Virus record (IMG/VR): IMGVR_UViG_3300044723_010423
Location: 1 to 53,582 of that record
Source of the DNA: a virus
Taxonomy: Duplodnaviria > Caudoviricetes
DNA: 53,582 nucleotides
Reading direction: 5' to 3' (one strand)
The notes below the pieces were generated by a model. The model ran no database searches. It saw only the letters and a list, made by a program, of their open reading frames with translations, and was not told the DNA's origin. Positions 47,259-53,582 of the stretch are shown one piece after another; the first letter of the stretch is position 1, and the number at the start of each line of letters is the position of its first letter. Made by a program: the position numbers and the translations under genes.

Positions 47259-48219
47259 ATTAAGTTGCAAAGTTTGCGATAAGCCATTTGCAAAACTAGG
47301 ATCTTTACATAAACATGTTAAGCAGCATGATATGCATTTAGCAGAATATTATGTTAAGTTTTATGCACGTAAAAATTTATTAACTGGAGACCTTTTACCT
47401 TTTAAAGATGTTGATAGTTATTTTAATAAAGATTTTACTAATAGGGTTCAAATGAACAAATGGCTTGAGCAACTAGACCCTTTAGATGCTCAAGAATACA
47501 TTCAATCTAAAATATTAAAAAGGGTTTACGATAAAAAAAGGATTTTTTTACCTTTTCATTTAGAGCTTGAGCACTGCTTTTTGCCCAAACTAGATGTTAT
47601 AAAAAAAATGTTTGGCAGTTATTCTCATTTTGCTAAGCTATGCGATTTAGACTTAATGTTTGATAAAAATATTCCTTCAGGTTTTTTTAATGAAGATTTA
47701 CCTGAAGATATAGAAATCGCAATAGACACCAGAGAGCAAAAACCTTTAGACTTTAAGTTTAACACAAAAAAACACAAATTATCTTTCGGTGATTATACTT
47801 TATTAGGTGACCATTATAGTTATACATTTGTAGACAGAAAATCTTCAAATGATTTTTGTGGCACTCTAACAACAGCTAATTTAGATAGGTTTAGAAGGGA
47901 AATTCAACTTACACAAGATATGGATGCATACATGTTTGTAGTAATAGAGTCCTCTTTAGATAAAATCATAGCTGAACAAAAATACTTTAAACGTAAAGCT
48001 AGTATAGACTACATATTGAAAAATATGAGAGATATTATGTACGACTTCCCTAGAAGATGTCAATTCATTTTCACAGGGGGGAGAAAAAATTCAAAATTTT
48101 TAATTCCGCGTATATTATATTACGGAAAAGATTTATGGAGGTCGGACCTTCAGTATTTTATAGATCATGAGTTGGCAAGAAGGAAATCAAAACAGACCGC
48201 CGTCAAAAATAAGAACTAA
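47245..48219 (+). CDS. C2H2 zinc-finger plus ERCC4/XPF-type nuclease
   Basis: CKVC..F..L..HVKQH; IDTREQKP, GDY, VDRKS..DF. Confidence 0.75.
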   Translation: MTQYKLSCKVCDKPFAKLGSLHKHVKQHDMHLAEYYVKFYARKNLLTGDLLPFKDVDSYFNKDFTNRVQMNKWLEQLDPLDAQEYIQSKILKRVYDKKRIFLPFHLELEHCFLPKLDVIKKMFGSYSHFAKLCDLDLMFDKNIPSGFFNEDLPEDIEIAIDTREQKPLDFKFNTKKHKLSFGDYTLLGDHYSYTFVDRKSSNDFCGTLTTANLDRFRREIQLTQDMDAYMFVVIESSLDKIIAEQKYFKRKASIDYILKNMRDIMYDFPRRCQFIFTGGRKNSKFLIPRILYYGKDLWRSDLQYFIDHELARRKSKQTAVKNKN

Positions 48220-50032
48220 CAAAGAGTTGTTGTCTTTAGAGGGTTTTTTAGAAGAACATGAATCAAAACTTGCTCTTTATGAATTTTTAAGAGGCAACAT
48301 TTCTTTTGCTGCTGATTTAATATTCGGTATTAAACTATTCCCGTTTCAGCACATGGCTGTAAAATCAATGTTTGAAACTGATTATTTTTTAGGCGTTTGG
48401 AGCCGTGGGATGTCAAAATCTTTTTCTACTGGAATTTATGCTGCGTTAGATGCCTTACTAAATCAAGGGGTAGAAATAGGTATAATTTCAAAATCTTTTA
48501 GACAGTCTAAAATGATTTTCAAAAAAATAGAGGATATTGCTGCTAAACCTGAAGCAGCCTTTTTTAAACAATGTATCACTAAAGTTTCAAAAGGTAATGA
48601 TGAGTGGCTAATGGAAATTGGTAGAAGTAGAATTCGAGCTTTACCTTTAGGTGATGGGGAAAAGCTCCGTGGTTTTCGTTTTCAAAGGATTATTATTGAT
48701 GAATTTTTATTGATGCCAGAAAGGATTTACAATGAGGTTATAGTTCCATTTCTATCTGTAGTCGAAAACCCCACTCAAAGACAAGAAGTTCATGGTTTAG
48801 AGAGTATGCTTATAGAGCAAGGAAAAATGAAAGAAGAGGATCGTTTTATATGGCCCAATAATAAATTGATAGCTTTATCTTCTGCATCTTACAAGTTTGA
48901 ATACTTGTATAAACTTTATAACCAGTTTGATTTTTTAATAACTCAGGAAAACAAAAGGGACAAAGCTTCTCGATGCATTATGCAATTTGGTTATGATTGT
49001 GCTCCCACTCAACTATACGATCAAAACCTTGTTAATCAGGCTAAAGCTACAATGAGTCAATCTCAGTTTGATAGGGAGTTTGGCGCTGTTTTTACTGACG
49101 ATAGCTCTGGCTATTTTAAAACTAGTAAAATGGCTTTATGCACGGTGCCTGAAGGCGACTATCCGTCTGTAGAGGTAAAAGGTGATGCTGGCGCTAAATA
49201 CATTTTAGCATTTGATCCTTCATGGTCTCAAACAGAAGGTTCTGATGATTTCGCTATACAAATTTTAAAAATACATGAAGAAGAGAAAAAAGTGACTGTA
49301 GTACACAGTTATGCATTATCAGGAACATCTTTAAAGCATCATATATTTTATTTTAAATATTGTTTAGATAATTTTAATATAGTTCAAGTGGTAGGTGACT
49401 ATAATGGAGGGGTACAATTTATACAAGCATGTAATGAAAGTGAAACTTTTCAATCAAAAGATAAAAAACTTAAAACAATCGATGTGTCTTTTGACAATCC
49501 AGAAGAATACCAGCCGGATTTACGTAAATTCAGGATGGAATATAATTATTCAGATGATAAAATTGTTTATTTGAGAAAACCTACTAGCAAATGGATCAGG
49601 CAGGCAAACGAATTATTGCAGGCGAATTTTGAACACAGGCGTATATTTTTTGCTTCTAGAGCTATAGATGAAGCTTACAATAAACAAAGGAATAAAAGTA
49701 TACCTATTGATAAAATAAAATTTTTACGGACATCTGATGAGACCAAGCAGTCAGCATCTGCTAAAATGATAGATTTTATTGAGCATCAAGCTGATATGTT
49801 AGATTTAACCAAAAATGAATGCGCTTTAGTTCAAATAACAACGACAGCTCAAGGTACTCAGACATTTGATTTGCCTCCTAATTTAAGGCGTCAAACTGGC
49901 CCAGATAAAGCTAGAAAAGATTCGTACTCTGCTCTTGTGTTAGGGAACTGGATGGCAAAGATACATTTTGATTCTAATGATAAAAGTGTAGAAGATGCTT
50001 TTGAAACTTTTACTCCCATGTTTATTAATTAG
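48167..50032 (+). CDS. terL: Terminase large subunit
   Basis: LFPFQ, SRGMSKS (Walker A variant), LRGFR, IIIDE, ALSSA, nuclease LAFDP...DDFA, KDSYSA. Confidence 0.88.
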   Translation: MSWQEGNQNRPPSKIRTNKELLSLEGFLEEHESKLALYEFLRGNISFAADLIFGIKLFPFQHMAVKSMFETDYFLGVWSRGMSKSFSTGIYAALDALLNQGVEIGIISKSFRQSKMIFKKIEDIAAKPEAAFFKQCITKVSKGNDEWLMEIGRSRIRALPLGDGEKLRGFRFQRIIIDEFLLMPERIYNEVIVPFLSVVENPTQRQEVHGLESMLIEQGKMKEEDRFIWPNNKLIALSSASYKFEYLYKLYNQFDFLITQENKRDKASRCIMQFGYDCAPTQLYDQNLVNQAKATMSQSQFDREFGAVFTDDSSGYFKTSKMALCTVPEGDYPSVEVKGDAGAKYILAFDPSWSQTEGSDDFAIQILKIHEEEKKVTVVHSYALSGTSLKHHIFYFKYCLDNFNIVQVVGDYNGGVQFIQACNESETFQSKDKKLKTIDVSFDNPEEYQPDLRKFRMEYNYSDDKIVYLRKPTSKWIRQANELLQANFEHRRIFFASRAIDEAYNKQRNKSIPIDKIKFLRTSDETKQSASAKMIDFIEHQADMLDLTKNECALVQITTTAQGTQTFDLPPNLRRQTGPDKARKDSYSALVLGNWMAKIHFDSNDKSVEDAFETFTPMFIN

Positions 50033-50103
50033 TTGAAAGTTACATTTTAACTTTTATTATACTTTATACGGAACTTTTATTTAACTTTGTGTAATATTAT
50101 AAG

Positions 50104-52089
50104 ATGTCAAAAAGGAAATATACAAAACGGTCTGATTATTGGGAAAAGTTCAACACCCATAAAGGTCAGCCTTTATCAGATATGTTTGAGGCTAACGCTA
50201 ACCAGCAGGCTAACCAATACGAGCCTCAATTGGTGGGAGAGCCTTTTTATACTTACGAATCTAAAGCTTATAGCAGAACATCTGTTAACGGTAATGAAGT
50301 GGCATCAAGAAGAAATAACGCAGCTATAGGCCCTAAAATTTTTCCATATGCGAATATTAGAAATGGTATGTCGCCTTATAATTATGGTATTGATGGCGTT
50401 AATGTCAGGGATGCTATAGAGTTATGTCAAAAAGCTTATTGCAATATAGCTATTTTTAGAAATTCTGTTGACATGATGTCAGATTTTGCTAATTCCACTT
50501 TATACTTAGAAGGTGGTAGCGCAAGATCTAGAACATTTATTAATGCTTGGTTAAAGAAAATCAAAATTTGGAATTTAAAAGATCAGTTTTTTAGAGAGTA
50601 TTATCGTAGTGGGAATGTATTTCTTTACACTATTGATGGCAAGTTTAATTTAGAAGATTTTACAAAACTTAGGAATATTGGTCTAATTGGTCAGGTCAAT
50701 AAGCTGCCGATTAGATATATTCTTTTGAATCCTTTTGATATGGCGGCAAAAAGATCCACATCTTTTGAAAACGGTTTATATGAAAAAATATTGAGCGAGT
50801 ATGAACTAGAGCGACTTCAGAACCCAAAAACAGATGAAGATAAGGAGCTTTATAAGGCATTAACGCCAGAGATGCAAAAGAAAATAGATCAAGGCGGATA
50901 TTATACCGATGGTATGAAAGTCGGCTTAGATCCTACTAAATTAAGATATTCTTTTTACAAAAAACAAGATTACGAACCGTTCGCTGTGCCTTTTGGTTTT
51001 GGTGTTTTAGATGATATTAATTTTAAAATGGAGATGAAGAAGATAGATCAGTCTATTTGTCGAACCATTGAGAATGTTGTCTTATTGATAACTATGGGAA
51101 CAACTCCTGATAAAGGTGGAGTTAATCCTCGTAATATCACTGCAATGCAAACTTTATTTCAAAACCAAAGTGTTGGAAGAGTTTTGGTCAGTGATTATAC
51201 TACAAGCGCAGAATTTATTATTCCAGACCTTAAAAAGGTTATTGGTCCTGAGAAATATGAAGTTGTTAATCAGGATATTAAAGAAGGTTTACAGAATATA
51301 ATTTTAAATCAAGAAAAGTTTGCCAGCACAGAAATTAAAGCTCAAATGTTTTTGCAGCGTTTAAACGAGGCTAGAGAGGCTTTCCTGAATGATTTCTTGC
51401 AGGCAGAAATAAAAAAATTATGTAAGGATTTTGGTTTTAGAGATGTACCGCAAGCTAAGTTTGAAACTATAGACCTTAAAGATTCTGCTCAAGTTCAACG
51501 TGTTATTACTCGTATGATGGAGCTTGGTATTCTTCCTCCAGAGGAAGGAATTAAAGTTATTGAGACCGGAGTTTTCCCAAAAGAAACCGAATTAAGAAAA
51601 TCTCAAGAAAGATTTATAGAAGACAGGAAAAAAGGATTTTATAATCCTATTGTTGGTGGCGTTCCGTTATACGAAGGAGAAGAAGAGATTGTTAAAACAG
51701 AAACTCCTAATACTCCTAAGCTTCCCGGCAGACCAAATGGCGCAAAATCTTTCGCTAAAGAAAAATATTCTGTAGATGGCATAAAAAGTATAGTGGACCA
51801 AACTAATAAACTTTATGCCTTTATGACTTCCGAAGCTAGATCCTCTTTTAAAAAGAAGAGGCTCAATAAAGATCAAAAAGAAATTTTAGCTCGTATATGT
51901 GAAAGTATTATTGTTTCTACAGAACAAAACGAGTGGGAACAGAGAGCAAAAGCTTGCTTACATGATAATAGTTTAATGTTAAAACTCGATACTATGAAAG
52001 AGGTTTCAGAGATCAGCGCTAACCACTTATTAGATGATTATGCTGCCGCGATTTTATATCATAGCAATAAAAATTCCAAATTGCAATAA
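50104..52089 (+). CDS. Portal protein
   Basis: Follows terL; IFRNSVDMMSDF, FREYYRSGNVF, size fits. Confidence 0.75.
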   Translation: MSKRKYTKRSDYWEKFNTHKGQPLSDMFEANANQQANQYEPQLVGEPFYTYESKAYSRTSVNGNEVASRRNNAAIGPKIFPYANIRNGMSPYNYGIDGVNVRDAIELCQKAYCNIAIFRNSVDMMSDFANSTLYLEGGSARSRTFINAWLKKIKIWNLKDQFFREYYRSGNVFLYTIDGKFNLEDFTKLRNIGLIGQVNKLPIRYILLNPFDMAAKRSTSFENGLYEKILSEYELERLQNPKTDEDKELYKALTPEMQKKIDQGGYYTDGMKVGLDPTKLRYSFYKKQDYEPFAVPFGFGVLDDINFKMEMKKIDQSICRTIENVVLLITMGTTPDKGGVNPRNITAMQTLFQNQSVGRVLVSDYTTSAEFIIPDLKKVIGPEKYEVVNQDIKEGLQNIILNQEKFASTEIKAQMFLQRLNEAREAFLNDFLQAEIKKLCKDFGFRDVPQAKFETIDLKDSAQVQRVITRMMELGILPPEEGIKVIETGVFPKETELRKSQERFIEDRKKGFYNPIVGGVPLYEGEEEIVKTETPNTPKLPGRPNGAKSFAKEKYSVDGIKSIVDQTNKLYAFMTSEARSSFKKKRLNKDQKEILARICESIIVSTEQNEWEQRAKACLHDNSLMLKLDTMKEVSEISANHLLDDYAAAILYHSNKNSKLQ

Positions 52090-52108
52090 AAAAGTGTAAT
52101 AACCATAG

Positions 52109-53582
52109 ATGGATCAATCAAAATTCAAATACAAAACAAGTTTTAACTTTAGCATTTATGCGACAAATGATTTAGAAAATGATTTGTCTATTAGTTTGGC
52201 ATCGTTGAACAATTTGCGTCCTTTGATTCCTAGCTCAGTAGATCTTGAAAAAAACATCGATTTAGTCGGTGTAGCTTTTAATGCTGCTGTCGTCAACAAG
52301 TTTAATAAAAATGGTGACGGAATAAACTCTGAAACTGCTGATGAAATTTTAAAATATTTCGTATACAAACCTACAAATATAGAACACAAGAAAGAAAAGG
52401 TTGTAGGTCATATTGTAAATGCAGGTTTTACAGACTTAAATAATGATAAAATTTTAACTTCTAAAGAAGCTATTTCTCGCAAAACTCCTTATTACATTTC
52501 TTTGGCGGCTGTGGTTTATAAAACAGTCAATACAGAGTTTGCTAACGCCTTAATTCAAGCTAGCGACCCCGAGAGTGAAGCTTATAATAAAATTTCTGCA
52601 AGCTGGGAACTAGGCTTTAATGATTATCATATCGCTGTTGGCTCTACAGATTTAGAAGAAGCGAAAATAATTACAGAACCTGACGAAATAGAAGATATGA
52701 AAAAATATCTAAAAAGTTTCGGTGGATCTGGTAAATTAAGCAATGGAGATCCGGTTTATAGGTTGGTAACCGGAGAAGTTTTTCCTCTGGGCATTGGTTT
52801 TACTTCTAATCCTGCTGCAGACGTTCAAGGAGTTTTTATAGAAAAAAATGATAATATTACTCTTAAAGATTCCGAAGAAAGCTCTGAGAAATCAGAAAAA
52901 CAAACAATTTCTATAGAAAATAGTAGAAAAATTTCACAAAAGAGTGAAAATAATGTAAAAATAAATAATAATACAGATATCATGGATACCCAAGAAATCA
53001 TACAAGAGTTCGGGAAAATTCTTGATAGCAAGCTTTCTGAAAAAGCTGAATTCTCGCAAGAGACTGTTGCTAGTATCTCTACCTTTGTCGCTGACAAAAT
53101 TAGAGAGAAAGATGTCGAGTTCCAACAGGAGCGTGACACCTTAGAGCAGCAAAAGATTCAAGCCGCTGAAGATGCTGAAAAAGCAAAAGCTTCTATCTCT
53201 GAATTAGAAGAGAACCTAAAAACTGCTCAAGACAGAATTACTGATCTTGAGGGTTCTATCGCTGCGCAACAAGCAGAAGAAATTTTCAATAGTAGAATGG
53301 AGACTGTCGATGAAGGATTCGATCTTTCTGATAGTGATCGTGCTATTATTGCAAAAGAAGTTCAAGCTCTGGATAGTTCAGAGGCATCTTTTGAGACTTA
53401 TCAAGAAAAGTTAAACTCACTCCTGCATCATAAAAGCAAAGCTTTTAAGTTGGAGCAGGAAGAGCAACTTTCCAAGAGAGTCGAGCAAGAAGTCGAAAAA
53501 CGTATCGCTTCTATTGAGGCCCCAGAGCCAACGGCTACTCCTGAAAAGGAAGTGGAAGAAGTTAAAGCCTCTGAGACCGATG
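52109..53582 (+). CDS. Prohead protease/scaffold-like protein, truncated by window end (not in ORF track)
   Basis: MDQSKFKY...NKNGDG...KPTNIEH...VVGHI...SASWELG...GIGFTSNPAA, then an acidic coiled coil; follows the portal. Confidence 0.7.
   Translation, partial: MDQSKFKYKTSFNFSIYATNDLENDLSISLASLNNLRPLIPSSVDLEKNIDLVGVAFNAAVVNKFNKNGDGINSETADEILKYFVYKPTNIEHKKEKVVGHIVNAGFTDLNNDKILTSKEAISRKTPYYISLAAVVYKTVNTEFANALIQASDPESEAYNKISASWELGFNDYHIAVGSTDLEEAKIITEPDEIEDMKKYLKSFGGSGKLSNGDPVYRLVTGEVFPLGIGFTSNPAADVQGVFIEKNDNITLKDSEESSEKSEKQTISIENSRKISQKSENNVKINNNTDIMDTQEIIQEFGKILDSKLSEKAEFSQETVASISTFVADKIREKDVEFQQERDTLEQQKIQAAEDAEKAKASISELEENLKTAQDRITDLEGSIAAQQAEEIFNSRMETVDEGFDLSDSDRAIIAKEVQALDSSEASFETYQEKLNSLLHHKSKAFKLEQEEQLSKRVEQEVEKRIASIEAPEPTATPEKEVEEVKASETD

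Noticed and set aside
1-53582. tRNA/rRNA genes or stop-codon reassignment
   Set aside because: No cloverleaf with a T-loop consensus was seen by eye, and long genes are intact under the standard code with TAA, TAG and TGA all used as stops.

Overview
AT-rich segment of a large tailed dsDNA phage genome, read with the standard genetic code. No rRNA, tRNA or canonical CRISPR-Cas was found. 1-8 kb: thyX, a UV-damage endonuclease, a HAD phosphatase, a DUF2589-like pair, a cytidylyltransferase and virion/fibre genes. 8.3-10.1 kb: the main find, a 386-aa IS110/RuvC-fold (DEDD-like) gene followed immediately by eight hairpin units. Each unit carries two short variable segments around an invariant inner hairpin, and a ninth orphan unit sits at 1450-1521. 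This looks like a TIGR-Tas/bridge-RNA-like RNA-guided system with an unusual array. 10-29 kb: early/accessory region with many small ORFs, a RuvB-like ATPase, an HhH glycosylase, DUF932-like, DGQHR and SleB-like genes. It also holds leaderless sigma70-type promoters, about 20 copies of a 27-bp palindrome, a triplicated promoter cassette and a promoter-driven ~165-nt structured ncRNA candidate. 30-39 kb: six LamG-like paralogues. 39-45 kb: a two-component system, a beta-barrel OMP, a glycosyltransferase and PhoH. 45-53.6 kb: a sigma-like factor, an ERCC4 nuclease, terminase, portal and a truncated prohead protease/scaffold. All protein calls come from motifs recognised by eye; no database search was run.
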